From: an uncultured Pelagibacteraceae bacterium
GTDB taxonomy: Bacteria; Pseudomonadota; Alphaproteobacteria; Pelagibacterales; Pelagibacteraceae
Length of the DNA stretch: 64,000 nt
Reading direction: 5' to 3'
Assembly (NCBI GenBank): GCA_902546765.1
Contig: CACCLG010000002.1
Span: 18,839 to 82,838 of the forward strand
Made by a program: the position numbers and the translations under genes. Shown one piece after another: positions 1 to 10,537 of this stretch. Position 1 is the first letter of the stretch; each line of letters opens with the position of its first letter. The notes below the pieces were generated by a model. The model ran no database searches and was not told where the DNA came from. It saw only the letters and a list, made by a program, of their open reading frames with translations.

Positions 1-1
1 A

Positions 2-142
2 AAATCTTTTCATAAGAAAATTGGAGAGTTTGAATCTGCGGGAAACCCTATAAAAATGTCTACATACAAAGATGAAAAAACAAGAGGAGATATTCCAGAT
101 CTTGATGAACACCGAGATAAAATACTTAAAGAATTTAGTTAA
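2..142 (+). CDS. C-terminal end of a CoA-transferase family III (CaiB/BaiF-like) protein, truncated by the window edge
   Basis: Hand translation of frame 2: KSFHKKIGEFESAGNPIKMSTYKDEKTRGDIPDLDEHRDKILKEFS*. This resembles the 'GNPIKxS...PxLGEHxxxIL' tail of family III CoA-transferases. Confidence 0.65.
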   Translation, partial: KSFHKKIGEFESAGNPIKMSTYKDEKTRGDIPDLDEHRDKILKEFS

Positions 143-164
143 CTAATATATAAGCTATAAAATT

Positions 165-1598
165 ATGGTAGATAAAAGAAAATTTTATATTAATGGTCAA
201 TGGGTTTCACCAAGTAAACCAAATGATTATGAGGTAATTAATCCTTCAACAGAAGAAGCATTTGCAACTATATCATTAGGATCAACGGAAGATACTAATG
301 CTGCAGTCTCGGCAGCCAAAAAAGCTTTGGTTAGCTGGAGCGAAAGTTCAAAGGATGAAAGATTAAATTTATTAGAAAAATTACTTTCTATTTATAAAAA
401 AAGATATGGAGAGATGGCTGATGCTATATCTATGGAAATGGGGGCCCCAATGGATTGGGCAACAGACGTGCAAACATCAAGTGGACAATCTCATCTTGAA
501 GATTTTATAAAAAGACTAAAAGAATTTAAGTTTGATGAGCAATTTGAACCAAATTCTAATAATCATATTTGTTATGAACCAATTGGAGTTTGTGGATTAA
601 TTACTCCATGGAACTGGCCAATAAATCAAATAGCTTTAAAAGTTGTTCCTGCCTTTGCAACAGGTTGTACAATGATACATAAACCATCGGAGATAGCTCC
701 AATTTCAGCAATGTTGTTTGCGGAAATGATTGATGAAGCAGGTTTTCCAGCTGGTGTATTTAATCTAGTGAATGGTGATGGCGCTGGCGTTGGTACAGAT
801 ATTTCATCTCATCCTGATATTGATTTAGTATCTTTCACAGGATCAACAAGAGCAGGTAAATTAATTTTAAAAAATGGAGCTGATACAATCAAAAGAGTTT
901 GCCTGGAATTAGGTGGAAAAGGTGGAAATATTGTTTTCGCAGACTCCTACCCTAACGCTGTACGAGATGGTATCAGAAACGTAATGAGTAATTCAGGTCA
1001 GTCATGTGATGCACCGACAAGAATGCTCGTTGAAAAATCAATATATGAGAGAGCAGTCAAAGAGGCTGTTGAAGAAGCAAATTTGATAAAGGTAGACCAT
1101 GCTTCAAAAAAAGGAGATCATATAGGTCCTGTTGTCTCTAAAATTCAATACAATAAAATAATAAGCCTTATTCAGAGTGGAATTGACGAAGGAGCAACTC
1201 TTGCAGCAGGTGGACCAGAATTACCTAACGGTATGAACAAAGGCTATTTTATTAAACCAACTATTTTTACTGATGTTACAAATGATATGCGTATTGCAAA
1301 AGAAGAAATATTTGGTCCGGTTTTATCTATAATACCCTTTGAGACGGAAGAAGAAGCAATTCAAATTGTAAATGAAACTGAGTATGGATTAGGTAACTAT
1401 TTACAAACTGAGGATAAAGAAAAAGCAAAAAGAGTTGCCAAAAAACTTAAGGCTGGAACAATTTATGTAAATGGAAACGGTGCAGACCCTGGTGCTCCAT
1501 TTGGAGGATATAGACAATCTGGAAATGGACGTGAAGGTGGTGTTTGGGGATTACATGAATTTTTAGAAGTTAAAGCTGTAACTGGTTGGCCAAAATAA
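165..1598 (+). CDS. NAD(P)-dependent aldehyde dehydrogenase
   Basis: ALDH motifs ITPWNWP, FTGST, LELGGKG (catalytic Glu), NSGQSC (catalytic Cys), EEIFGP, PFGGYRQSG. Confidence 0.95.
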   Translation: MVDKRKFYINGQWVSPSKPNDYEVINPSTEEAFATISLGSTEDTNAAVSAAKKALVSWSESSKDERLNLLEKLLSIYKKRYGEMADAISMEMGAPMDWATDVQTSSGQSHLEDFIKRLKEFKFDEQFEPNSNNHICYEPIGVCGLITPWNWPINQIALKVVPAFATGCTMIHKPSEIAPISAMLFAEMIDEAGFPAGVFNLVNGDGAGVGTDISSHPDIDLVSFTGSTRAGKLILKNGADTIKRVCLELGGKGGNIVFADSYPNAVRDGIRNVMSNSGQSCDAPTRMLVEKSIYERAVKEAVEEANLIKVDHASKKGDHIGPVVSKIQYNKIISLIQSGIDEGATLAAGGPELPNGMNKGYFIKPTIFTDVTNDMRIAKEEIFGPVLSIIPFETEEEAIQIVNETEYGLGNYLQTEDKEKAKRVAKKLKAGTIYVNGNGADPGAPFGGYRQSGNGREGGVWGLHEFLEVKAVTGWPK

Positions 1599-1599
1599 T

Positions 1600-1983
1600 A
1601 TGATTGGTTATGTTATGGTTGGCACAAACAATTTAGATCAGTCCATTAAGTTTTATGATGAATTGTTGGGAGTTTTAGATTTAGAAAGAATTGAAAAAGA
1701 TGAAGTGTGCGCTGGATATTCTCAAAAAAATAGCAACGGAAAAATAGAATTTTACGTCACAAAACCTTTTAACAAAGAAAAAGCAACAGTTGGTAATGGA
1801 TGTCAAATTTCATTTCAAACAAGCTCAAGAGAATTGGTTGATAAGTTTCATGATGTTGGGATTAAGTTAGGAGGTGCTAGCGAAGGATCTGGTGGTGAGA
1901 GACCTGAAGGCTCTGGAGTTTACTATTCTTACATTCGTGACTTAGATGGAAATAAAATCTGCGCTTTTACAAATAATCAATAA
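1600..1983 (+). CDS. VOC/glyoxalase family protein
   Basis: 127 aa with MIGYVMVGTNNL...FYD start and YIRDLDGNKI end, typical of VOC proteins. Confidence 0.85.
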   Translation: MIGYVMVGTNNLDQSIKFYDELLGVLDLERIEKDEVCAGYSQKNSNGKIEFYVTKPFNKEKATVGNGCQISFQTSSRELVDKFHDVGIKLGGASEGSGGERPEGSGVYYSYIRDLDGNKICAFTNNQ

Positions 1984-1986
1984 TAA

Positions 1987-2904
1987 ATGTCATACAATCT
2001 TGTAGAGAAAAAATTAAATGCTAATGGTGTAGTTATTTTAGATGGTGGAAATGGAGGAGAGTTAGAAAGATCAGGCGCAAAAATGGATAAAGATCTATGG
2101 GCTGGAAAATGTGCAATAGATGACCCAGATAAAATGCTTCAAGTGCATGAAAAATATATTAATGCTGGCGCAGATATCATTACTTCTAATACCTACGCTA
2201 TTACACCGATATCAATGAAAGAGTACGGATATGATCAATTTACAAAAACTTGGAATGAAGAAAGTGTAAAATTAGCTTTAAAGGCTGCAAACCATTCTGA
2301 TAGAGAAATAGCTGTTGCAGGATCAGTTTCAACTTCAGGCAGTTGGGATAAACTATCAGAAGAGGATATTAAACCTGGTTTTAATGAACATTTAAAAATT
2401 TTAAAAGAAGCAGGAGTAGACCTAATTATTTTAGAGGCGATGACGTCAAAGGATAGAACGGTTGAAAATATAATTGAGTGCTCAAAAGATGTTAAACTAC
2501 CTATCTGGTTATCTATTTCGTGTGCAATTAATGAAGACGAAAATATATTAATGCACGGCTATCAAGAAAGCATTACTAATTCGAAAGCAAAGTTTTACGA
2601 TACTTTAGAAAATTCCCTATCTAAATTTAGTAAAATGCATGAAGGACCAATTTTAGTGGCACATTCAGATATCAAGGTTACTGGTGAAGCAGTTAAAATT
2701 TTAAAAAAAGTTCACAAAGGAATTGTAGGTGCATATCCAAATAATGGTTACTTTGAAAAACCTCATTGGAAATTAATTAATGATATATCGCCGTCTAAAT
2801 ATTTAGAGGAAGCGAAAAATTGGGTATCTAACGGAGCTCAGATTATAGGTGGATGTTGTGGAGTTGGTCCCGATAAAATAAGTGCAATCTCAGTTTTAAA
2901 ATAA
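1987..2904 (+). CDS. Homocysteine S-methyltransferase family protein
   Basis: ILDGGNGGEL, H..YINAGADIITSNTY, GVDLIILE, GAYPN, IIGGCCGVGP. Confidence 0.9.
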   Translation: MSYNLVEKKLNANGVVILDGGNGGELERSGAKMDKDLWAGKCAIDDPDKMLQVHEKYINAGADIITSNTYAITPISMKEYGYDQFTKTWNEESVKLALKAANHSDREIAVAGSVSTSGSWDKLSEEDIKPGFNEHLKILKEAGVDLIILEAMTSKDRTVENIIECSKDVKLPIWLSISCAINEDENILMHGYQESITNSKAKFYDTLENSLSKFSKMHEGPILVAHSDIKVTGEAVKILKKVHKGIVGAYPNNGYFEKPHWKLINDISPSKYLEEAKNWVSNGAQIIGGCCGVGPDKISAISVLK

Positions 2905-2914
2905 AATTTAAGAA

Positions 2915-4081
2915 ATGACAAAAGATAAAAAAATAATTAGTGAATTAAATCCTTCACTTAAAATTATAAGAGATAATAAACCAAAATGGTATTTGCCAGA
3001 AACAAGAAGAGAAGGTTACCGAAATTTACATAAAATCAACAGATATGGTCTACTTCTAAGATCTGATCATGTATTAAAATTAAACCAAAAATATAATGAC
3101 AAGATAGAAAAAATTCCATCGGTAAATAAAATGATAAATCATAAATATTTTTGCTCATTGTTGGTAGGCAAAGATCAAGACATTCTATATGAAAAATATG
3201 CAGGTGATTTTAACAAAAATACCCCACAAACAATAATGTCTATCACAAAAATGTTTATAAATTTATTTATTGGAGAACTTGTTGAAAAAAAAATTATTGA
3301 ATTAAATAAAAAAGTTTCTGACTATTTACCTAATATTGGCTCAGGATATGCATCTGCAACGATTCAAGATGTTTTAGATATGAATATTCAAAATGCTTAT
3401 AGCGAAGATTATACAGATCCATACACCTCTTCATTTTTACATGAACCAGTTTGTGGTTGGAGACTACCCGATGATTTAAATTATAAGGTTAGCCAGGAAG
3501 AATTTTTAAATTCAATTGAATCTTTCAAAGATCAAGATTTAAAAAATACTTCAGATTTATCTCACTACAAATCAGCAAATACAGATGTAATGGGTTTATT
3601 AGTTGAAAAAGTAAGTGGAAAAAAACTTAAAGAATGGTTGCTTGAGGCTGTAGAAGCAGCAGGTTTTGAAGATGCCATGTATATGGGGACAGATAGATTT
3701 AGTATGCCTTGGATTTCGGGAGGCGGATGTTTAATCTCTAGAGATTTTTTGAGATATGGTCTTCTTTTTTCAAGAAAAGGGCATGGGGTATTAAATAGAA
3801 AAATCGGCTCTGAATATTTCTTAGATGAAACATTAAAAAATAAAGGGACTAAATATATGGAATTATCAAAAAATAAATTTTTAGAGTACTCAAATTCAAC
3901 TATGAAATGTGGTAATTGGATTGGCCATTCAGGTCTTGGAGGTCAATTTTTGGCAATAAATTTAAATAATGGTGTTGTTGCAAGTTATTTCTCTGTAATT
4001 GAAACAGATTCTGGAACTGATGAAAATTATAAGAAAAATATGATTAATATGATGGACGAGATAGTTAATAATAATTTTTAA
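2915..4081 (+). CDS. Serine hydrolase, beta-lactamase/NylB-like family
   Basis: SxxK (SITK), YxS (YKSANT) and HSGLGGQ motifs. No signal peptide. Confidence 0.8.
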   Translation: MTKDKKIISELNPSLKIIRDNKPKWYLPETRREGYRNLHKINRYGLLLRSDHVLKLNQKYNDKIEKIPSVNKMINHKYFCSLLVGKDQDILYEKYAGDFNKNTPQTIMSITKMFINLFIGELVEKKIIELNKKVSDYLPNIGSGYASATIQDVLDMNIQNAYSEDYTDPYTSSFLHEPVCGWRLPDDLNYKVSQEEFLNSIESFKDQDLKNTSDLSHYKSANTDVMGLLVEKVSGKKLKEWLLEAVEAAGFEDAMYMGTDRFSMPWISGGGCLISRDFLRYGLLFSRKGHGVLNRKIGSEYFLDETLKNKGTKYMELSKNKFLEYSNSTMKCGNWIGHSGLGGQFLAINLNNGVVASYFSVIETDSGTDENYKKNMINMMDEIVNNNF

Positions 4082-4084
4082 TTG

Positions 4085-4945
4085 TTAATTTTTGTTTATT
4101 TTTTCTGCAATTAATATTTTTCTTTGCATTTCTCTTAAAACAGGTTTTTCTATAAGTTTACCATCAATGACAACTAAACCTGTATTTGACTCATTAAATT
4201 GATCTACAATTCTTTTTGCATGACTAATTTCTTCTTTAGAGGGTGTAAAAACCTCATTTAAAATTTCTATTTGTTTAGGATGGATAGAGCCTTTGCCAGT
4301 AAAACCAAGATTTTTTGAAAGCTCTGCCTCTTTTTTCATCCCATCCATATTTTCTAAGTCTAAATATGGAACATCTATGACATCAACTCCAATACTTGCA
4401 CCTGCATGAACTAATTTTGATCTTGCGTATACTAAATTTTCCCATTTATGCTCACATCTAAGTTCAGCTGCCATATCTACACCTCCAAAATACAATGCTA
4501 CCGTTCTTTTGCTGGCATGAGCAATATCATAAATACATTCTAAAGCCTCATTCGTTTCCATTATTACATGAAGATCTGTATCTAAATTACAATCTGTAAG
4601 TAGATCATCGATAAACTTTATTTCATCAGGTGTTTTAACTTTTGGAAGCATTATTGCACCTATATTAATTTTACTTGAAGCGAAGGCCTCTAAGTCTTGC
4701 AAGCCATGTTTTGTCCTTTGACAATTAACTCTTACGACTAATTCAACATCTTCTTTAACTTTAAGTGTTTTTAAAGAGTTAAGTGTATTATTTCTTGCAT
4801 CATTCTTATCCTTAAGTGCTATACCATCCTCTAATTCTATACAAACCATGTCGGCCCCTGACTCGATTGCTTTTGGAAACATCTCTGGTTTTAAACCTGG
4901 TGTAAATATAAAGCTTCTTCGTACTCTAAGTTTATTTGAACTCAT
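4085..4945 (-). CDS. CitE-like CoA-ester lyase (HpcH/HpaI aldolase/citrate lyase family)
   Basis: RRSFIFTPG, ELEDG, VRVN, MLPKV, METNEA, GFTGKGSIHPKQI, DGKLIEKP. Confidence 0.9.
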   Translation of the reverse strand: MSSNKLRVRRSFIFTPGLKPEMFPKAIESGADMVCIELEDGIALKDKNDARNNTLNSLKTLKVKEDVELVVRVNCQRTKHGLQDLEAFASSKINIGAIMLPKVKTPDEIKFIDDLLTDCNLDTDLHVIMETNEALECIYDIAHASKRTVALYFGGVDMAAELRCEHKWENLVYARSKLVHAGASIGVDVIDVPYLDLENMDGMKKEAELSKNLGFTGKGSIHPKQIEILNEVFTPSKEEISHAKRIVDQFNESNTGLVVIDGKLIEKPVLREMQRKILIAEKINKN

Positions 4946-5063
4946 TTAAATATATAATGGTATAATCTTGTTTATTAATATTTAAAGCTATCATAATAAC
5001 TAAATTGACTTCAATAAAAAAATTTAATTTTAAATTTTAAAAAATTTCGAAGTATTGATTAAT

Positions 5064-6056
5064 TTAGTCAGATATAGATTGTATAAGTCTTTTTAAATGC
5101 TTGTCGTTAACTCCACAACAGCCTCCAACAATTTGAATTTGATCATCTATTAATTCTAAAATTGAGTTTGAAAACTCTTCCTCTGTCATAGTTATTATCG
5201 CTTTATGTGTATTAGTGTCAAATTTATGTATTTCAGGATAAAACATGATTGGTCCTTTCCAATTATTCTTCAATATTTTTAAACCACTAATGCTATCTTG
5301 AAACCAAGTGTGCATTATTCCATAAACATCACCCCCTAAACTCATAAGTGATTTTATTATATCCTCTAGTAAAATTATTTTATCTTCAGGTAAGTATTTA
5401 GGTTGGTCTTTATATTTATTCTCATCGTAAATAAGTGATTTTTCTTTCTCTGCTCTAAAATTTCTTCCAATAACGGAATTATCAAATTTACTATCGCAAC
5501 AACTCAATCCAACCCATACTGGTAAACCAGTTTCGAGAGCTGCATTCAATAACATTTTAGAGTGATCTACATCCAAAAGCATTTCTAGAACCAATAAATC
5601 TGCTCCAGATTCTTTTAAAATTTTTGCAGCTTCTTTGTAATTTTCTTCTTCCTTTTTAAAGGTTGGTACAAATTTTGGATTTGGAACAAACTCATTTTCC
5701 TTTAGAGGAAAAAAGTTTGATAAGCTACCTGCTACCGCAATTATATTTTTTTTTCCAGTATTTGATATCGCTTTTCTAGCAAGCTTAATTGAGTCTGAGA
5801 TAAATTTATGTACTTGATCACCTTTGCTTAAACTTTCCAAATTATGTCTATTTGTTGCAAATGTATTAGCAGTAATAATATCACAGCCAGCATTAATAAA
5901 ATTTTCATGAACTTTAATTACGATATCTGGTGATGTTAAAGTTGCTAATGCAGAAAATGCAGGGCTCATGTCGCCTCCAAGTTTTGCTATTTCAGAACCG
6001 TTCCCTCCATCTAAAAATATTTTAGTTTTTGATTTTAGCTTTTCTTTGAAAAGCAT
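5064..6056 (-). CDS. Homocysteine S-methyltransferase family protein (second paralog)
   Basis: FLDGGNGSEI, H..FINAGCDIITANTF, GADLLVLE, IVGGCCGV. Confidence 0.88.
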   Translation of the reverse strand: MLFKEKLKSKTKIFLDGGNGSEIAKLGGDMSPAFSALATLTSPDIVIKVHENFINAGCDIITANTFATNRHNLESLSKGDQVHKFISDSIKLARKAISNTGKKNIIAVAGSLSNFFPLKENEFVPNPKFVPTFKKEEENYKEAAKILKESGADLLVLEMLLDVDHSKMLLNAALETGLPVWVGLSCCDSKFDNSVIGRNFRAEKEKSLIYDENKYKDQPKYLPEDKIILLEDIIKSLMSLGGDVYGIMHTWFQDSISGLKILKNNWKGPIMFYPEIHKFDTNTHKAIITMTEEEFSNSILELIDDQIQIVGGCCGVNDKHLKRLIQSISD

Positions 6057-6059
6057 TTA

Positions 6060-6950
6060 CTATGATTCTTTTGGGGCTAATACAACTGCAAGCACGCCCC
6101 CCAATACAATCATGGAACTACCAACAATTTCTCGCCATCCAAACGGTTCATCGGTTAAAATACCAGCAGAAACAACCCCAACAACAATTTCACTCAAATA
6201 TAGTATTGCGCAAAGTCCAGCACCTAGAACTGATGGTGACCACATTATTATTACGCCTGTAGGAATAAAATAAAATACCGAAATAAGAACCAAAAAAGTA
6301 AACATAGAGAGAAAAGCCTCTGCAGGTGGAACAGGTCCTAGGTAATCTTTTAAAATATACCCAGCGAAAATATTAAATATTGTTCCATAAAAGAAAAAAG
6401 AAAATATTACAGGAAATACTCCGTCTGTTTTAGTAATTTCTAAACGTATAAGCCCACCACCAAAAAGAACACCCCCTACTAACGCCAACCAGTCTCCAGC
6501 ATTTTGAGGTAGTGGTACAATATTTGATTTACTAAAAACAATCCATAAACCACCAAGAGCAAGACCCAATGTTAAAACTCTTTCTAAGCCAGGTCTTTTC
6601 TTTAAAAAAATTATTTCAAAAATTGTTGTCCAAACTGGTATCATATAAAACATGATTAATGCACGTACAACATCTGTTAATAAAAAACTTAAGGCATAAC
6701 ATATAAAACCACTTCCTGTTAAAAAACCAACAAATGGTATTTCTAATCCTGATGAACGACCTTTAAATTTTCTCCACAAAGAAATTGGAGTTAGTAATAA
6801 TATACCTATCATCATTTGAGAAATAGTTCCCCACCCCCCAGTTAAGCCACCATTTTCTAAATATCTTTGAGGAAGCCAATAAACTCCCCATGATCCAGCT
6901 GCAATTGCTAACATAAAAGCTATTTTAAAATGATGTCGATGTCTTACCAT
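6060..6950 (-). CDS. DMT/EamA family transporter
   Basis: 296 aa with about 10 hydrophobic segments, in an EamA-like two-repeat pattern (WGVYW...; LSEIVVG...LTDEP). Confidence 0.8.
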   Translation of the reverse strand: MVRHRHHFKIAFMLAIAAGSWGVYWLPQRYLENGGLTGGWGTISQMMIGILLLTPISLWRKFKGRSSGLEIPFVGFLTGSGFICYALSFLLTDVVRALIMFYMIPVWTTIFEIIFLKKRPGLERVLTLGLALGGLWIVFSKSNIVPLPQNAGDWLALVGGVLFGGGLIRLEITKTDGVFPVIFSFFFYGTIFNIFAGYILKDYLGPVPPAEAFLSMFTFLVLISVFYFIPTGVIIMWSPSVLGAGLCAILYLSEIVVGVVSAGILTDEPFGWREIVGSSMIVLGGVLAVVLAPKES

Positions 6951-8365
6951 TAATTTAATTTTGGTTTGTGATTTGAATTATTGTAAATTTCCTCAAAGGT
7001 TTTTGCAAATGCAAATAGTTTTAAGTCATCTTTATTTTTACCAATGATCTGCATTCCCATTGGTAAACCATTTTCATTAAAACCAACAGGAATAGTTAAA
7101 GTTGGTAGATCTAAAAGACTGGACAAAATAAAAACTTCTAGCCATCTATGATATGTATCGAGACTGGTCTCGTTAATTTTACTTGGAAATTGAATACTTT
7201 TATCAAAGGGAAACAATTGAGCAGAAGGTAAAGCTAAAAAATCAAATTTATCAAAAATTTCATTAACTTGCTCAGTACATCTTTTTTTTTGTTCAAAAGC
7301 TAATTTTAAATTATCAGATTGAATATCTTTACCTTTGTTATATTCCCAAATTGCTTCAAATGTCATGGAATTTATATCTTTAATACCCATACTTAATGTA
7401 TCTTGATAAATACTTTTAGATCTAAAGGTAGTCCAGCTGTTCCATAATGTATCAGTATCTAAGCTTGGATTTAAATATTCAATTTCAAGATTATTTTTTT
7501 CTAAATCTTTTAATTTTTTTTCACATATATTTAAAATAGATTTTTCAATATTATATTTACCATTCATATTAGATAGCCAACCAATCTTTAAATTCGAAAA
7601 TTCTTTGTCTGATAATTTTGCATCCCTAAATGTACTATTTAAATCAAACGAAATTTTATCTAATGGATTACTACCAGTTATAGCATCAATTAAAAATGTC
7701 ATATCATTTGGTGTTTTTGCAAAACATCCTGGAGTGGTCAAAATAGGTATATCAAAATTTTGATATGTTCGATCAGCAGCAATCAAACCAGGAGTTGGTC
7801 TATATCCATAAATATTTGCATATGCTGCTGGTCCTCTACAAGATCCCATTTGATCAGTACCGTCCGCAAATGGAAGTAATCCAGCTGCAACCGCTGAACT
7901 TGCCCCACCGCTAGATCCTGCTGCAGACTTTTCAAAGTTATAAACATTAGATGTAGGTCCAAAAAGACGGTTAGTAGTATGTCCGCCAACACCCAATTCT
8001 GCGGTATTTGTTTTACCAATTATTATTGCTCCATTATCTATTAGTTTTTCTACAAATAGTGAATTTTTCTTAGGGCTATTATTTTTTGATCCTGCATAAC
8101 CATATGTAGTTTTTAAACCAACAACATCCGAAAGATCTTTTACCGCTATAGGCAAACCATTTAAAATTTTTTTGCTATTTTTTAAATTATCTTTCTGTTC
8201 TGCTTCCTTAATTAATAATTCTCTATCTTTTTGTAAAACTATAGCATTAATACCTTTATTAAATTTTTCTATTCTTTCTAAGTAGTAAACTAAGACTTCT
8301 TTAATTGAGACTTGTCGGTTTTTAATATTTTTTTGAATTTCTTCAACTGATAGATGATCAAGCAT
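6950..8365 (-). CDS. Amidase-signature family protein
   Basis: GLPIAVKD (Lys), GKTNTAE, GSSGGASSAVAAG, GTDQMGSCRGPA. The Ser-cisSer-Lys triad appears intact. Confidence 0.92.
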   Translation of the reverse strand: MLDHLSVEEIQKNIKNRQVSIKEVLVYYLERIEKFNKGINAIVLQKDRELLIKEAEQKDNLKNSKKILNGLPIAVKDLSDVVGLKTTYGYAGSKNNSPKKNSLFVEKLIDNGAIIIGKTNTAELGVGGHTTNRLFGPTSNVYNFEKSAAGSSGGASSAVAAGLLPFADGTDQMGSCRGPAAYANIYGYRPTPGLIAADRTYQNFDIPILTTPGCFAKTPNDMTFLIDAITGSNPLDKISFDLNSTFRDAKLSDKEFSNLKIGWLSNMNGKYNIEKSILNICEKKLKDLEKNNLEIEYLNPSLDTDTLWNSWTTFRSKSIYQDTLSMGIKDINSMTFEAIWEYNKGKDIQSDNLKLAFEQKKRCTEQVNEIFDKFDFLALPSAQLFPFDKSIQFPSKINETSLDTYHRWLEVFILSSLLDLPTLTIPVGFNENGLPMGMQIIGKNKDDLKLFAFAKTFEEIYNNSNHKPKLN

Positions 8366-8371
8366 TAAAGC

Positions 8372-9562
8372 TTAACGAGCTTTTTTTATACTTTGTAAAA
8401 CCATTTCTTTCATTTCTTCAAAAGAGACTTTCTTAGGGTTTTGGCCATACGCTTGATCTTTCATTGCTTTCTCTGCAATTCTTGCTGCACTGTCCTCAGG
8501 AACATTTAATTCACTTAAGCTTTTAGGGATTATAACTCTATCTAACAAATCTTCCATATTTTTAATGAATGCATCAACTGAATGATCTTTATATTGCATT
8601 GCTTCAGACATTCTTTGAACTTTTTCCTCCATGCCAGGTAAATTGAAACGTAAAACTACGGGTAAAACTATTGCATTAGTTAAACCATGATGCGTATTGT
8701 ACTCAGCACCAACCACGTGAGATATAGAATGTACATTACCTAATCCTTTTAGAAATGATATTCCTGCTAAACAAGATCCAACATGCATTCCACCTCTAGC
8801 CAAAAGATTATCTGGTTGTTCTACAGCATTTACAAGTGATTTGGATATCAATGATAGACCTTCTAATGCTGCTCCATCACACAGAGGATTAAATCCTGGA
8901 ACGCAGTATCCTTCAATTGCATGAATTAATGCATCTACGCCTGTCCATGCTGTTAGATTAGCAGGTAGTCCTATTGTTAATTCTGGATCAATTAATGCTA
9001 ATGAAGGTCTTACATCTGGGTGCCACATGCAAAATTTCATTCCCTCTTTTAAATAAGTTACCATAGCTGTAATTTCTGTTTCTGCTCCTGTTCCTGCTGT
9101 TGTTGGAATAGTTATAATTTTTGGAAATGGGTTATCTTTGCTTATTATTGGAGGAGTTAACTCAAACTCAAAATCTCTTAGTGGAACATCATTATTTGCT
9201 GTTAAACAAATTAATTTACCTCCATCCATAGCACTTCCACCACCTATAGCTATAATTGCATCATGATTTCCATCTTTAAATTTTTTGCAACCAACTGAAA
9301 CTTCATCCTCTCTTGGATTAGGAGATATATCGAAAAATAAATCTGATTTTACATTAGAATTAGACAAATAACTTTGTAAATTCGAAATAAATGGCAACTT
9401 TGGACTTCCCTTGTCAGTTACTACCAAGGGATTTTTTATATTTAAGTTATTACAAATCGTTCCAATTTCTTTTAAACGTCCAGGTCCGTATGCAATATTG
9501 GTTGGGAAAGTCCAATCTTGATTTGATAAGATATCAGATTCATTTAGTTTAAAGTTACTCAT
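8372..9562 (-). CDS. Iron-containing alcohol dehydrogenase
   Basis: GGGSAMDGGK, IPTTAGTGAE, DALIHAIE, HSISH, HHGLTNA metal-ligand motifs. Confidence 0.93.
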   Translation of the reverse strand: MSNFKLNESDILSNQDWTFPTNIAYGPGRLKEIGTICNNLNIKNPLVVTDKGSPKLPFISNLQSYLSNSNVKSDLFFDISPNPREDEVSVGCKKFKDGNHDAIIAIGGGSAMDGGKLICLTANNDVPLRDFEFELTPPIISKDNPFPKIITIPTTAGTGAETEITAMVTYLKEGMKFCMWHPDVRPSLALIDPELTIGLPANLTAWTGVDALIHAIEGYCVPGFNPLCDGAALEGLSLISKSLVNAVEQPDNLLARGGMHVGSCLAGISFLKGLGNVHSISHVVGAEYNTHHGLTNAIVLPVVLRFNLPGMEEKVQRMSEAMQYKDHSVDAFIKNMEDLLDRVIIPKSLSELNVPEDSAARIAEKAMKDQAYGQNPKKVSFEEMKEMVLQSIKKAR

Positions 9563-9604
9563 TTTATTAGTAAGGTTTATACAATTTTTTAAAAGATTTT
9601 TAAA

Positions 9605-10537
9605 ATGAAATTATCATCTGAAAAAATAGATGTGAAGAAAACCTATCTTGCTGTGACTACGATGCTCATGGCTATACTTTGTGTAGATTTATACATGGTT
9701 GTAATAAAATTTCTTGGTGGTGAATATTCTGTTATTCAATTAACAGTTTTTAGAAATGCAGCAGGAATTATTCCGTTACTATTATTGATAATATTTACAA
9801 AAGAATATTTTTCAATTTTTCAAAAAATTAACAAAAAATTTATAGTCTTAAGTTTTTTTAGAGGTTTGGCATTTTTATCAATGAACATATTTATATTCAT
9901 TTCCGTAATCAATTTAGAGTTTGCAACAGCTATGACCTTAACTTTTTCATCGCCATTCTTCATTGTAATTTTATCTATATTTTTTTTAAAAGATAAAGTT
10001 GGTAAATATAGATGGTCTGCAATTTTTTTAGGCTTCTTTGGTGTCGTTCTAATTATGAAACCAACTAGTGAGATATTTAGTTTTTATTCAATATTTCCAA
10101 TTATGACTGCATTTGCATGGGCAATCAGTGTTATCATACTTAAATTTATTCCTGAGGGCCATTCCACTGCAAAAATACAATTATATTCATTGATATTTAA
10201 CGTGCTAGGTGGATTAGTATTATTTTTTATCACCAGTGGTCATGTTGAAATCAAAAATGTTCAAGACTTTTTTTTAATGACACTTACTGGGATCCTTGGC
10301 GGCACAGCTGCTATTTTATTTATTTATTCCTATAGATTAATCTCTGCAAGCAAGATGGCATCATTTGAATACTTAGGAATACCATCATCATTTGTATTAG
10401 GATGGATATTTTTTAATGAAGCACCTTGGGCACAACTTTTTCCTGGAGTTGTCTTAATAGTGCTGGCTGGTATGATAATTATTTGGAGAGATAAAGTTAA
10501 TGAGAAAAGTATTAAAAGTAATAAAAAATTTAGCTAG
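9605..10537 (+). CDS. DMT/EamA family transporter
   Basis: About 10 TM segments; FSSPFFIVILSIFFLKDKV and LGWIFFNEAP are EamA-type motifs. Confidence 0.85.
   Translation: MKLSSEKIDVKKTYLAVTTMLMAILCVDLYMVVIKFLGGEYSVIQLTVFRNAAGIIPLLLLIIFTKEYFSIFQKINKKFIVLSFFRGLAFLSMNIFIFISVINLEFATAMTLTFSSPFFIVILSIFFLKDKVGKYRWSAIFLGFFGVVLIMKPTSEIFSFYSIFPIMTAFAWAISVIILKFIPEGHSTAKIQLYSLIFNVLGGLVLFFITSGHVEIKNVQDFFLMTLTGILGGTAAILFIYSYRLISASKMASFEYLGIPSSFVLGWIFFNEAPWAQLFPGVVLIVLAGMIIIWRDKVNEKSIKSNKKFS

Noticed and set aside
2915-4081. Beta-lactam resistance gene
   Set aside because: It has the SxxK fold only, no signal peptide and a catabolic operon context, so an esterase/amidase role is more likely.
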